The notes under the pieces were generated by a model that was not told the DNA's origin, did no database searches, and saw only the letters and a list, made by a program, of their open reading frames with translations. The position numbers and the translations under genes are program-made. This document shows, piece after piece, positions 1 through 10,471 of a DNA stretch of 64,000 bases (position 1 is the first letter of the stretch; every line of letters starts with the position of its first letter). The stretch lies in assembly GCA_965116885.1 (NCBI GenBank), contig OZ220741.1, forward strand, positions 4,800,001 to 4,864,000, in the 5' to 3' direction. This DNA is from Candidatus Latescibacterota bacterium (lineage in GTDB: Bacteria > Latescibacterota > UBA2968).

Positions 1-1218
1 GAACACCCCTCTGCCCTCTGTATTCGCAAAATACGTGGCAATACTCACAATACACACCCCAAACACCGCTGAAAACACCTGCCCCAACCGCATCAGGCTC
101 TTGCCCTGCATAGTCGCCCGTCCAAATAACCGGCACAGCGTCGGATAAATATCATTCGTAAAAATCGCCGCATTGCGGTTCAACCCCGAATCCATCGAAC
201 TCATCGTCGCCGCAAACATCGCCACCACCATCAGCCCCGTCATACCCAGCGGCAACACATTCAAACTCGCAATAGCATACGCCGCTTCCGCAGCCTTGGG
301 AATATCGACCGCCATCACCTCGGCGTGAAACAAAAGCCGCGCAGTCATCGGCGGAATAAACCAGATAAAAGCACCCGCCGTCATCAGCACAAAGCCCAGC
401 CACGCCGCCTTTTGCGCCTCGCGTCCATCCTTCACCAGAAAATACCGCTGCGCCGACGTAAGCGTATTGTATCCAATCACATTCTTCAGCAGCATCGCGA
501 TAGCCCACGCATACGTATAAGCCCGCAGCGGAAACTGGTCGGGTGCATTAAACACACCATAAGCCGACGACAGCCCCATATCCTGAATGCCCTGAAACAA
601 CGCACCCACGCCGCCGAGCTTCACCAGACACAACACCCCCACCAGAATAGTAATGGGAATAAGAATAAGCGTCTGCAAAAAATCCGTAGCCGTCACCGCC
701 CAGCTCCCCCCAATCAGCGAATAGAGCAACACCACCGCCCCCACCACCACGATCACCTGCTCAATTTTATATCCAAACACCGCCGAACAGAAAATCGCCA
801 ACCCCAGAAGATGCAGCGACGAATACAGCGTTTGCATCACAAAAGACATCCACGCGTAAAATTGCTGCGTCGAAATGCCAAAGCGCAGACGAATAACCTC
901 TGGACCCGTAATCGCCCGGATCTGCCGAAACCACTTGGCGAGAAACAAACCGTTGATTGCAAACCCCACTGAATTTGCCAGATAAATCACCAGCACACTC
1001 CAGCCAGCTTCATAAGCCGCACCCGCCGCGCCCGAAAAAGTCCACGCACTAAACGCCGTCATAAACGCACTCGACCCCACCAGCCACCAGGTGCCCTTAC
1101 AGCCGTTTCGAAAATAATCACTCACATTTTCATTAAAACGGCGAAACACCATCCCCACCCCAACCAACACGGCCAAATAACACCCGATCACAACATATTC
1201 AACCGATGTTTCACTCAT
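1..1218 (-). CDS. Sodium:solute symporter (SSS) family transporter, 3' end outside window
   Basis: Not in ORF track (no stop in window). Read manually from ATG 1218: MSETSVEYVVIGCYLAVLVGVGMVFRRFNENVSDYFRNGCKGTWWLVGSSAFMTAFSAWTFSGAAGAAYEAG..., a typical SSS N-terminus; GGAGA RBS upstream. Confidence 0.9.
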   Translation of the reverse strand, partial: MSETSVEYVVIGCYLAVLVGVGMVFRRFNENVSDYFRNGCKGTWWLVGSSAFMTAFSAWTFSGAAGAAYEAGWSVLVIYLANSVGFAINGLFLAKWFRQIRAITGPEVIRLRFGISTQQFYAWMSFVMQTLYSSLHLLGLAIFCSAVFGYKIEQVIVVVGAVVLLYSLIGGSWAVTATDFLQTLILIPITILVGVLCLVKLGGVGALFQGIQDMGLSSAYGVFNAPDQFPLRAYTYAWAIAMLLKNVIGYNTLTSAQRYFLVKDGREAQKAAWLGFVLMTAGAFIWFIPPMTARLLFHAEVMAVDIPKAAEAAYAIASLNVLPLGMTGLMVVAMFAATMSSMDSGLNRNAAIFTNDIYPTLCRLFGRATMQGKSLMRLGQVFSAVFGVCIVSIATYFANTEGRGVF

Positions 1219-1239
1219 AAGGAGTTCTCCGATTAACCA

Positions 1240-3216
1240 TCACCAGTGATGCACCAGATGCCCTTGCCCAAAGAAAAACAACACATCCACGATAAAAATC
1301 AACCCAATACCCAGAACATAACCGAGCATCAGCCCCATAAACAAAGGCAGAGATTGGCGATAAAGTCCAATACCGCCAATTTTTAACAAAACGGATTTCA
1401 CCATCCACGCCACAAAAACCGTAAACACCTGCCGCTGCAAAATACCCGTAGTAAACACCGTCAACCCAATGGGACTCAACGGCCACCTCAAAAACCGATA
1501 GCGCAAAAAACTACACAAAACGGTGAGACCCGCGCCAATACCAAAAAACATCAGCCTATCCAGACTGATGCCAAAGGGATTTTGCAATTTCTTCACCACA
1601 TTGCTAAAAATCACCACATTCCCGGAATTAAACGTATAAACATTAAAATTGTACGCGCCGTACATATACCCCAGATACAGCGTGAACACCGCCGAAATAA
1701 CCATCGACACCACCAGGGCGCACATCGTTGTCCAGAATAGCGAGCGGGTCTTGAGCTTGAGCCTCGCGCCCATCTGCGCGATATGTGCCAGCGTAGAAGC
1801 ACCAAAAGTATTGCCCAGGCCAAACGTCGAATAAGACAGCGCCAGAGACGCGGCGCTATTGGTATCCATCTGCCGAATACCAATCGTATAAAACGTAAAG
1901 CTCTGCGGCGTAATGGGCATCCGCGCATAAGCCAAACCCGACTCAGCCACAAACCGCGTCACCCCCACCGTCATCAAAATCAGCGCAAAAAGAAAAACGC
2001 CAGACACGAGCGCGGACATACCCGAATGCCACAACCAGAAAAACAGAAACGCCGCCCCCACAATAATCCCCCACACCGCCGCCCGATAAGACAACAACTC
2101 ATCCGAATCATCCACATCATCATCGCCGCGCATCGCCTTGCGCCACACATCCCGCAAATGCGCACGCGCCATCCACATACTCAACGCCGTAAATACAAAA
2201 AAAGCCCCCATCGCCTGCCAGCCCAACGCAGCGCCACCGCGAGACCCCCAGATATCGGACGCCCCAATAGTATATCCCAAACGGTCAAAAACACCGGTTT
2301 GCACAATGCCCAGCGCGTAGAAAAACCACAAACTGAACAACACATCGAGATTGGTAAAAAAGGCGAACCCCAGCACAAAAAAATTCAATTTAATCGTAAC
2401 ACTCGGAAATCCGCGCCCAAGTGGCAAAGCCCATCTGTCCATCAACGGAATAGGTGGAAAAGTATGCCAAAAATAACCCACGATATTCCACACCACCACA
2501 ACCACGGGAATGGTCAGTCCAACCCAGAACAAGCGAGAATGCAGGAGCCTGTATTTTCCTGCTTCAATCTCCTCCAACATCGTCAGCGGTGCTTCAGCCA
2601 GGGGAAAAGGCAGGCGTTCTCGATCCACCCACTGCCGCCGCAACACAGCCATCAGTGCCACGCTCACCAGTGCCAGTGCAATGAGAAAAACACCCCACCA
2701 CACAAGCGGCGTCATCCACGCATCCCAGGGAATATCAACCCCTGGGGGCTTGCCCTCAAAAAAATACGTCATCTGATCGGCGTGATTGGGCGGTGCGGCC
2801 CATTTGGGCAATCCATCCAACAAATAATCGCCCCACTGATTCTCGGGCGAAGCGTAATAATACGGCGCGGCAATCCCCCCAATAAACAAACCCATAAAAT
2901 TCGCCGCAGGCACAGCCCCTGCAATCCAACCCATTGAAAAAACCACCACCATCTCACCTTGCGACAGCGCCCACTGCGGCTTTACCCGCGCCATCAGAAC
3001 ATTCAACGGCCACGCCAGCACCGTGAAAACCACCATAGTCGCCATGGGCAAATGGGCAAAAACCATACGCGACGAATGCACGATATAGGCCGAATAAGCG
3101 GGCAACAAATTCACCAGAAACGTTACCGCAATCCCCACGCAAAAAGCGCGTGTGGTCACGCTCAGATGTTTGCTCTCCGGGTGCAAATCCCCATCCAACG
3201 CTTTCAACTCGGCCAT
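1240..3216 (-). CDS. Polytopic inner-membrane protein, DUF6785/DUF6784-type (putative transporter), 658 aa
   Basis: Many hydrophobic helices; motifs LRRQWVDRERLPFPL and RYRFLRWPLSPIG; clear paralog at 44120-46105. Confidence 0.75.
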   Translation of the reverse strand: MAELKALDGDLHPESKHLSVTTRAFCVGIAVTFLVNLLPAYSAYIVHSSRMVFAHLPMATMVVFTVLAWPLNVLMARVKPQWALSQGEMVVVFSMGWIAGAVPAANFMGLFIGGIAAPYYYASPENQWGDYLLDGLPKWAAPPNHADQMTYFFEGKPPGVDIPWDAWMTPLVWWGVFLIALALVSVALMAVLRRQWVDRERLPFPLAEAPLTMLEEIEAGKYRLLHSRLFWVGLTIPVVVVVWNIVGYFWHTFPPIPLMDRWALPLGRGFPSVTIKLNFFVLGFAFFTNLDVLFSLWFFYALGIVQTGVFDRLGYTIGASDIWGSRGGAALGWQAMGAFFVFTALSMWMARAHLRDVWRKAMRGDDDVDDSDELLSYRAAVWGIIVGAAFLFFWLWHSGMSALVSGVFLFALILMTVGVTRFVAESGLAYARMPITPQSFTFYTIGIRQMDTNSAASLALSYSTFGLGNTFGASTLAHIAQMGARLKLKTRSLFWTTMCALVVSMVISAVFTLYLGYMYGAYNFNVYTFNSGNVVIFSNVVKKLQNPFGISLDRLMFFGIGAGLTVLCSFLRYRFLRWPLSPIGLTVFTTGILQRQVFTVFVAWMVKSVLLKIGGIGLYRQSLPLFMGLMLGYVLGIGLIFIVDVLFFFGQGHLVHHW

Positions 3217-3278
3217 CGCAATCTCTCAAAAACTCAGGGCAGGTCCTGCGCTACAATATCTTCCGTGCAATGTACCTC

Positions 3279-3319
3279 AAAAAGCAAGTGTGTGCAAGGC
3301 ATCCATCCCCTGCACACAC
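3279..3319 (-). terminator. Hairpin or intrinsic terminator between the PorV-like gene and the membrane protein gene
   Basis: Inverted repeat GTGTGTGCA..TGCACACAC (3288-3319) followed on the minus strand by TTGCTTTTT. Confidence 0.6.
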
Positions 3320-3365
3320 CGGTTGTGGTTCAGGATCTATCAGCGATCCACTCACAGACCGCTAT

Positions 3366-4328
3366 TTAAAACGACCCACTAACAGCCAGGCGCAACGGCG
3401 CATCGAAATACACACCGCCATCGCTATAAGACAGATCCACGCGGATATCGCGCCCGCCAAAATCGTACTTCAGGCCAGCGCCCAAACTGTAATCCTCCAC
3501 GTCGTAGTTGACCTTATATCCACCGCGCAATGCGAGCATATTGGAAATCCAAAGCTCACCCCCAAAATTCCACCGCTGACCGTAATCAGTAGCCATAATG
3601 GTCTCGGCCGCAAGCGTCAAATACGTCGGGTCGCCTTGCTCGCCATAGACCTCACCTGCCAGCCCAAAATTGAAATTGATCGGCGGTGAATACTGCTCGG
3701 TTTCCACAGTAACATCAGCACCCACATTGCGTGCGGCAGCGGCAATACGCAAACTGCGATAGCCCGTATATGCCGAAATGCCCAGGTCAAACTGAAATGT
3801 ACTCGTCGTCTTGAGCACCAGATCTTCCTGCACCCACCGCGCCTGCACGCCCCACGACACTTTATCGGTCATCTGACGCGCAAACATAAACCCAATGGCC
3901 GTATCGCCGCCCTGGATCATACGCCCGGTACCTGTGGCTTGAAAAATCGTCGTTTCCTCCACCTCTTCGGGCACAAAGCTCACAATTGAAACGCCAAACG
4001 TATTGCCGCCCCATTTGTAAGCCAACGCCCCCGAATACAATCCCGAATTGACCAGCCAGCGCGTGTAGGACAGCGCGTATTCACCGCCCGAAACAAATCC
4101 CAGCGCACCGGGATTGTAAAAAGACGCATCAATACCGCCGTTCATAGCGACAAAGGCTTCGCCCATAGCCACGGCACGGGGCGACGCACCGATTTTGAGA
4201 AATGCCAGCGACGACTGGCCCTTCACCGGCAAAATCGTACCGTATTCGCCAAAATCCGACTGTGCAAAGGCCGGTCCTGTCATCAGCCCGACCACCAGCA
4301 TCAGCACCAGTAATATTCGTTTGTTCAT
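3366..4328 (-). CDS. PorV/PorQ-family (UPF0164-like) outer-membrane beta-barrel
   Basis: Signal peptide; FLKIGASPRAVAMGEAFVA...YNPGAL signature; LALRGGY; C-terminal Phe. Confidence 0.85.
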   Translation of the reverse strand: MNKRILLVLMLVVGLMTGPAFAQSDFGEYGTILPVKGQSSLAFLKIGASPRAVAMGEAFVAMNGGIDASFYNPGALGFVSGGEYALSYTRWLVNSGLYSGALAYKWGGNTFGVSIVSFVPEEVEETTIFQATGTGRMIQGGDTAIGFMFARQMTDKVSWGVQARWVQEDLVLKTTSTFQFDLGISAYTGYRSLRIAAAARNVGADVTVETEQYSPPINFNFGLAGEVYGEQGDPTYLTLAAETIMATDYGQRWNFGGELWISNMLALRGGYKVNYDVEDYSLGAGLKYDFGGRDIRVDLSYSDGGVYFDAPLRLAVSGSF

Positions 4329-4338
4329 GTCAGGCTCC

Positions 4339-6714
4339 CTATCTCAAAATGTAAAACGTCCCCGTCACCGTTTGCCCCATACTTTCGGGCGTCAGCGATT
4401 CAACGACGTAAAAATAAATCCCGCTGGCCACATCAGGCGAAGTCACATTGCGTTCAATTTGGAACCACGATGCTTCGCCCGAATTGGCATCGTCGTGCAG
4501 GATTTCACCCACAATATCGCCCGCCACATTGAAAATCAGCACGCGGCTTTTGGGGGGCAATCCCAGAAAGCGGATCTTTTTTGAACTCTGGTAATTATAA
4601 CCCGATTCCGACAAACTAAACGGATTGGGCACCACGCGCACGCGCTTTTCCGGCCATGACGGCGCCAGACCCGGCTGAAACGGACTGAGATCCAGGTTCA
4701 CGCGCTGCTCGGGGGCAGAATATCCACCTTCGAGTCCAGCCTGTAAATGACCCTGCACTTCTTCGGGCAAATCGCCCATGCTCGACATGCCATTGCTCCA
4801 TGAACTGCGCGATTTGGCAAAAGCCCGCACATTGTAAAAGTATCGGAACCCGGCAACCGCCGTATTATCGCGCCACACGTATTGACCGCCCGAATAGTCC
4901 CAGGTAGATCCGGAGGTACCTGCAGTGACAGTACCTACGTCTTCCCATGGACCAAATTCCTGATAGGCAGATCGGAACACGCGATATCCCACCACATCGG
5001 CATCGCCAAAATCGGGGTTTACCGACGATTCAGCATCGTCGTTCCACGTCAATGTAATCTCGGCATCCTGATTCACCCCAGGCGAAAACTTCACATCGGG
5101 CGGATAATCGGGCAGATCGTACATATTGTCGTACGCAAATTGCGCGGCCTTCAAATGCGCCACAAGAGCGGCTTCGCCCTTGCTCAACCGCGCCAATCGT
5201 TCTTCTACGGGCAGAGGAATGTCTTTCAGACAAAATGTCTGCACATCCACTGCATAAGCCGACTGGCCTTCTCGGGATATCGCCTGCGCGCCTGTCCCGG
5301 CGACATAAGCCACCACGATCTTGGCCTTCTCGCCCACAGCCAGATTATACGGCCCAAAAGTGAGTGCATTGGCCATCGCATTGACGGTGGTTGGATTGGC
5401 ATCCGTTGTTCCCGAAAAAGTTTCGTAAATGCCCTGCTCTGAATCGCTCTGCAAATTCGGCAAATCCGTATTCAAACCCCAGAAATCGCGCGTTTCCCAC
5501 CACTTTGACGTCCTGGGTTGTTCGCCCACCGGATTGACGTATTTGCCCTGATCATTGGCATTGAACACATGCGACGGTCCACCATCGCGATAGGCCAATG
5601 GCGCAACGCCCACATACTGCGGCGATCTCATTTGCCCGTCAAACACGCCGCCCGGTAATCTCTTCGCATTGCCGTGTACGCTTTCAATATAAACGGGTTG
5701 TCCGGTGTCCTCTTCAGCGCGCTGGATACTGTCGCCATCCCACTGATAATTCATCTTCAAATCTATGTATTCAGCAGGTCCGTCGTAATTCGGCGCACCC
5801 GTATAGCGGTATTGATCGTCTTGTGGCTGATACGATCCGGGCATGCCAGATCCGATGCTGTTCCAATTGCCCTCGCCCGACATGCTTACCGTAAAGCCCT
5901 GAACAAATGAGAAATACGCCCCGGTCAGGTTATGTCCAGCACCGCCGTTCACATCTGCAACACCATCGCCATCGGAATCACCCGTGTTCTCAAATTCCAC
6001 TTCCAGAATAAAGAAATCGTCAAACCCCTGATAACTCCAGGCCATGGCTTTGCGCGTGATCGTAACACCGTGTTTGGTCGTCCACCTGCTAAAAACGATA
6101 TCTTCTGCGCGGTCGTCCTTATCGGCGTCCATGTACTGACCCCACCGATGGTTGAGGACCTCATAGGGCACACCAGTTCTCGGCGCGTCGGTTTGCAATG
6201 CTGCGCCGGGATACCAGTTGGGCATAATTGCTCCCGCACCCAATCCATGGGGTGGCACCTCGACCTGATATCCCCAGCTGGCTTCGAGACTGTTGGCAAT
6301 ATCGTAATACATCGGTGCGATATCCGCCGAAGGCGTCCACGGTCCCGAATACGATACCCCGTATTCGCCGCCGACATTGGTCAACACCCATATACCTTCC
6401 CCTCCCGACAAATTCTGTGCCTCATTTTTTTGTTCAGCCCAGCTAAAACCGTTCTTTTTGCCGAAATACTCGATATAGTCCGCACCCGCCATATTGAGCA
6501 TAAGGCCATTGCCCATGCCCGGATACGTCAAGCGGGGTGCGCCGCGAGAACTTCGGTCGTCCCAGACACCGCCCTGAGTTCCTTCATTGCGAAATCCGGT
6601 CCAGAGTTGCCCGCGGGTGAGTTGCCGCAGATTCTGCGTGTCCAGGGAATAGGCATTAAACGCCCACCCGACAACTATCAGGATCAGGACAGCAGCTTGA
6701 AATCTCCTGTTCAT
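4339..6714 (-). CDS. Secreted protein with Fn3-like domain and T9SS type A-like C-terminal domain
   Basis: Start MNRRFQ (GGAGG RBS), signal peptide; GYRVFRS...FRYFYNVRAF Fn3-like segment; CTD VRVVPNPF..IRFLGLP..IFNVAGDIV..ASGIYFYVVES..GTFYILR. Confidence 0.75.
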   Translation of the reverse strand: MNRRFQAAVLILIVVGWAFNAYSLDTQNLRQLTRGQLWTGFRNEGTQGGVWDDRSSRGAPRLTYPGMGNGLMLNMAGADYIEYFGKKNGFSWAEQKNEAQNLSGGEGIWVLTNVGGEYGVSYSGPWTPSADIAPMYYDIANSLEASWGYQVEVPPHGLGAGAIMPNWYPGAALQTDAPRTGVPYEVLNHRWGQYMDADKDDRAEDIVFSRWTTKHGVTITRKAMAWSYQGFDDFFILEVEFENTGDSDGDGVADVNGGAGHNLTGAYFSFVQGFTVSMSGEGNWNSIGSGMPGSYQPQDDQYRYTGAPNYDGPAEYIDLKMNYQWDGDSIQRAEEDTGQPVYIESVHGNAKRLPGGVFDGQMRSPQYVGVAPLAYRDGGPSHVFNANDQGKYVNPVGEQPRTSKWWETRDFWGLNTDLPNLQSDSEQGIYETFSGTTDANPTTVNAMANALTFGPYNLAVGEKAKIVVAYVAGTGAQAISREGQSAYAVDVQTFCLKDIPLPVEERLARLSKGEAALVAHLKAAQFAYDNMYDLPDYPPDVKFSPGVNQDAEITLTWNDDAESSVNPDFGDADVVGYRVFRSAYQEFGPWEDVGTVTAGTSGSTWDYSGGQYVWRDNTAVAGFRYFYNVRAFAKSRSSWSNGMSSMGDLPEEVQGHLQAGLEGGYSAPEQRVNLDLSPFQPGLAPSWPEKRVRVVPNPFSLSESGYNYQSSKKIRFLGLPPKSRVLIFNVAGDIVGEILHDDANSGEASWFQIERNVTSPDVASGIYFYVVESLTPESMGQTVTGTFYILR

Positions 6715-6731
6715 ATCACTATCCTCCAATT

Positions 6732-9700
6732 TTAAAACTGAATTTCCAGACCGATTTCCACTTCGCGCGGCTGATACCTGTAGCGCGTGGCTTCATTCGG
6801 ATCGCCATAAAGCAAATACTCAGTATCATCTGGCGGGGGCAACCGCAGCCCGTACTGTATATACGTGAAATCCGAATCTCGGCTCTCCGTACTCCTCTCA
6901 TTGAACAAATTGCTCACCTCCACAAATAGCGTGGGACGCAAATTGCCAATGGCTCGAAAATCTTTGGCCGCGTACAGATCCGTCTTCATCACCGTTGCTC
7001 CCGTGCGAAATTCGCGCGGGCCAATCGGGGGAACATACTCAAACGGCTCGCCGCTGAAAATGCGGTAGATCATGCTCACGCGCAGACCGCCGAATGGATT
7101 GATCGCACCCATTTTGGGACCATAAGCCATCGGCGTGGCATAATACAACTGAAGCGACAACTGATTCCTGCGTTGTCCACCGGTAGGCTCAGCAGAAAAA
7201 ACCTGCCCATTTGACGCTGTCCATATCCCATTATCATTGGTTTTAATAGGCGGCTGCCAGGGTCCTGCACCTGGCCCCTGTGACCCGGCCTGCTCGGTCC
7301 AAGACACGATATTTGCCTCGGCTCTGGCACTGATGTCAGCCACCTGTTCAGACGTGAGTGGCACGGGCCTTTCCGAACCATCGGATTGCACTTCCCAATC
7401 GGTCCAGTAGTGTCCGGCACTGATAAAATCGGCATCGGGAAGCACATACCAGTTCGCAGAGTGCTTGCCGTAGTGAATACCGCCCGGATCGCGCACCCAT
7501 TCGGCATTGTAGGACAAATTGAACTGGAAATTATTGCTAAACGTCTTTTTCAGCGACAATTCGAGACCGCGCGCTGTCTGCCAGTAGGTATTGCGTATGG
7601 CATTGACCTGAGCAGACTGGCCTTTGAGGGGATCTACCCAATAAGAAATATTGTTGCTGGCGTACAATCCCTCATCGCGCCGATAATGTGCCGTAATGCT
7701 CGCCGTATAATCGGCCACAAAATTCCAATCCACCCCCATTTCCATACTCGTCGTACGCTGGGGCTTCATGCCATCGGATGGCTGCCGCGCCGTGGTATGC
7801 ACTTCCATAGCATTCCACTTTTCGGTCTCATCAATCATGCCGTTGCCATTGAGGTCGTTGTCCGGTGCCTCGCTCGAGAACTGCCTGCGATGGGTTTCGA
7901 GAAGCACGGGGAAGACATTCGACCGACCAATAAAATAGTGTGCTGCCAGACGGTCTGTAATCGGATGCGACAGACCCACGCGCGGACTCAATGCCGTCAT
8001 CGTTGGTGTTGAACTATCGAGGTGATCCATCTCATACCGCGCCCGCGTAAACGTGCTGTACATCGGCGATTTGCCCAGCGCCTCTCCCATTGAGCCATTG
8101 CGACCATAATTGTAATAATCCCAGCGCAAACCCAGATTGGCGACCAGGCCTCCGTATTCTATCTTATCCTGCACATACAGGTTCAGCGTCCACGGCTTCA
8201 CATTTTTGCCCAGTTCAAAACCATCGGCCACAAACTCGAGAAAGCGGCTCTTGGTATTGTCAAAATCTTCTCGCGTGCGGTGATACGACCGCTGCGTGAG
8301 CACCAATCCCGTCTGTATCAAATGCGACCGGTTGACCTGGCTCACAAAATCGTACTTGATGCCGTATTTTATATCTTCCTCTTCGGTGTATTCGCGCAAC
8401 AGCGTGGGCAAATTGAAAAAGCCCGCCTTATCTTTGCGCACGGCTTCAGTGGCATCCGGCACATCGAACGCATCGCGATCGTATTTGTTGTAGAAAAATC
8501 TCAGATCGTAATACGTATTTTCGCCCAATGTATGCGTCAGCGTCAACACCTGGAGTTGCCGGGACAATGTATAAGTGCCCGAAGCTGAAAAATCCTCGGG
8601 AAAGAAAATATTTTGTGCATTATTGCGCGTCGATCCCTGAAACCGATCCGACCGCTGATACATCCCCAGGGCTTTAACCTTGATATTTGCACTGGGCCGA
8701 TACGTCAACGTTCCCTGCATGCGCGGCGGATCGTCCGACACCTGTTCAGCCGCCGGGAACCTGGCCGGGCTGCGGGCATAACTCACACTGGCAAAATACG
8801 AAAGATCGGGTGTGAGCGGGCCGCCCAATGTACCTTCTAAGCGGTGCCCGCGCTTGTCCGTATAATCAACGCGCTCGTGCGCCATGCGCTCGACATCGTC
8901 AGATGTCCCCAGGACGCGGTCCGGTCCCGGATCCATATATGTTTCATTCACCCAATCGGGATTGTCCCACTGCACATTGTCTTCAAATCTGGGGCTTTCA
9001 TAAACGTCTCTGCCCCAGTGTTTTTTCCCCGAAGGCGTGAACTTATACTCCACCCGCCCAGAGAAATTGCCCCGGCCTTCTTTTGTCACCACACTCACAA
9101 TGCCCGCACCCGCATTGCCAAATTCCGCATTCATCCCGCCAGTGAGCACACTCAATTCCTGAATAGCCGTAGTATTCACACCCGTGAGCAAGCTCCGATC
9201 GACCTCAATCCCATCGATATAATAGCCCACCTGCGTCCCCGTTTGCGCCCGCGTTGTACTTCCGCGAATGCGATTGGTGCCATCCAGTGCCATACCCGGT
9301 TGCAATGCAATCAACTGCGATGTCGATCTCACCTGCGGCACAGCCTGAATATCTGCCGAAGAAACCACGTATTTGCTCGTGGTTTTATCTGGCTCCACAG
9401 GCGGACGCTCCGCAACAACAATCAACTCGGCCAATTCGAGACTGGCTTCTTTCAGTGCAAAATTTACTGTAGATGTATAATCCACAATCACCTGTACCGC
9501 TTCTTTCTTCTCTGTGCCATAGCCCACCATCGTCGCCGTAAGGGTGTACATGCCGGGATCTACAGCCAGAATTAAATAGCGGCCTTCGGCATCGGTAGTA
9601 GCTCCTTTGCGGGTCCCTTCGAGCGCCACATTCGCGCCCGGCAAGGACTCACCCGTAGCGGCATCTGTGATGACACCCGTGATTTTACCCGCTGTTGTCG

Positions 9701-9758
9701 CCATGGCCGATGTATCCATCAGCAACAACAAAATAAATCCCAATATTAACCGCTTCAT
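6732..9758 (-). CDS. TonB-dependent receptor with N-terminal carboxypeptidase-regulatory-like domain
   Basis: Start MKRLILG after GAGGAG; GKITGVITD..LPGANV; plug IQELSVLTGGMNAEFGNAGAGIVSVVTKEG; YVQDKIEY..NLGLRWDY; SPRVGLSHPI; C-terminal Phe. Confidence 0.92.
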   Translation of the reverse strand: MKRLILGFILLLLMDTSAMATTAGKITGVITDAATGESLPGANVALEGTRKGATTDAEGRYLILAVDPGMYTLTATMVGYGTEKKEAVQVIVDYTSTVNFALKEASLELAELIVVAERPPVEPDKTTSKYVVSSADIQAVPQVRSTSQLIALQPGMALDGTNRIRGSTTRAQTGTQVGYYIDGIEVDRSLLTGVNTTAIQELSVLTGGMNAEFGNAGAGIVSVVTKEGRGNFSGRVEYKFTPSGKKHWGRDVYESPRFEDNVQWDNPDWVNETYMDPGPDRVLGTSDDVERMAHERVDYTDKRGHRLEGTLGGPLTPDLSYFASVSYARSPARFPAAEQVSDDPPRMQGTLTYRPSANIKVKALGMYQRSDRFQGSTRNNAQNIFFPEDFSASGTYTLSRQLQVLTLTHTLGENTYYDLRFFYNKYDRDAFDVPDATEAVRKDKAGFFNLPTLLREYTEEEDIKYGIKYDFVSQVNRSHLIQTGLVLTQRSYHRTREDFDNTKSRFLEFVADGFELGKNVKPWTLNLYVQDKIEYGGLVANLGLRWDYYNYGRNGSMGEALGKSPMYSTFTRARYEMDHLDSSTPTMTALSPRVGLSHPITDRLAAHYFIGRSNVFPVLLETHRRQFSSEAPDNDLNGNGMIDETEKWNAMEVHTTARQPSDGMKPQRTTSMEMGVDWNFVADYTASITAHYRRDEGLYASNNISYWVDPLKGQSAQVNAIRNTYWQTARGLELSLKKTFSNNFQFNLSYNAEWVRDPGGIHYGKHSANWYVLPDADFISAGHYWTDWEVQSDGSERPVPLTSEQVADISARAEANIVSWTEQAGSQGPGAGPWQPPIKTNDNGIWTASNGQVFSAEPTGGQRRNQLSLQLYYATPMAYGPKMGAINPFGGLRVSMIYRIFSGEPFEYVPPIGPREFRTGATVMKTDLYAAKDFRAIGNLRPTLFVEVSNLFNERSTESRDSDFTYIQYGLRLPPPDDTEYLLYGDPNEATRYRYQPREVEIGLEIQF

Positions 9759-9778
9759 AATCCTCTCCTCTTTGAGAT

Positions 9779-10471
9779 CTACCAGTACAATTTGAATGCC
9801 GTCCTGAAATCGAACATCGCAATGGGAAATACCCCGGGCAGATTCCACGCCTCCATCGGCCGCAAATCACCTAAAATCATGTGATAGCGCCCGCGGATAT
9901 CCAGCCCGAATCGCCCCTGCACCACCGTCATGCCCAACCCAAAATTCGCCCCCAGAGCCGTATGTTCATCCTCTCGATCATCCAGCATCAGATCCGCATT
10001 CAAAGGCTCCTCTTTTTGTCCCGGATAAATCAGACCAGTAATCCGATCCTGATAATCGTAAAACCCCGCACCCACAGCGACATAAGGCAAAAGCTGCAAA
10101 TCGCTGCTGGACTTGCGGGTATTGAGATATGCCAGGGCATTGATCAAAAAGCTGTTGAGATTAAATCGAGAATTTGCATCTGGACTCAAATATTTTTGCT
10201 TATCAATGGGCCACGTAAACGCCAGACCTTCGATCTTTCCGTCATCCATTGTCAGGTGATGGTATTCAAACTCCATCGTAGCGCGCGAACTGACCTGATA
10301 ATCCAGCACCGCACCATATACCTGAGAAGCCGAATACCGATCGTGAAACCCCAGCACGGGCACACTGCGGTTAAAAAACACGCCAGCGCCGTATTGAGCT
10401 TCCTGGGCAGAAACCGGCACTGCGACCAACAATGCCAGTAGCCACACCTTCAACATCAAATATCTATTCAT
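9779..10471 (-). CDS. Small outer-membrane beta-barrel protein (OmpA/OMP_b-brl-like)
   Basis: Start MNRYLM after AAAGGAGG; signal peptide; PYVAVGAG, LGANFGLG, LDIRGRYH strands; aromatic C-terminus; paralog at 35486. Confidence 0.75.
   Translation of the reverse strand: MNRYLMLKVWLLALLVAVPVSAQEAQYGAGVFFNRSVPVLGFHDRYSASQVYGAVLDYQVSSRATMEFEYHHLTMDDGKIEGLAFTWPIDKQKYLSPDANSRFNLNSFLINALAYLNTRKSSSDLQLLPYVAVGAGFYDYQDRITGLIYPGQKEEPLNADLMLDDREDEHTALGANFGLGMTVVQGRFGLDIRGRYHMILGDLRPMEAWNLPGVFPIAMFDFRTAFKLYW

Noticed and set aside
152..972. ORF-track entries 152-508 and 325-972
   Set aside because: Alternative frames of the SSS transporter gene, which the track missed
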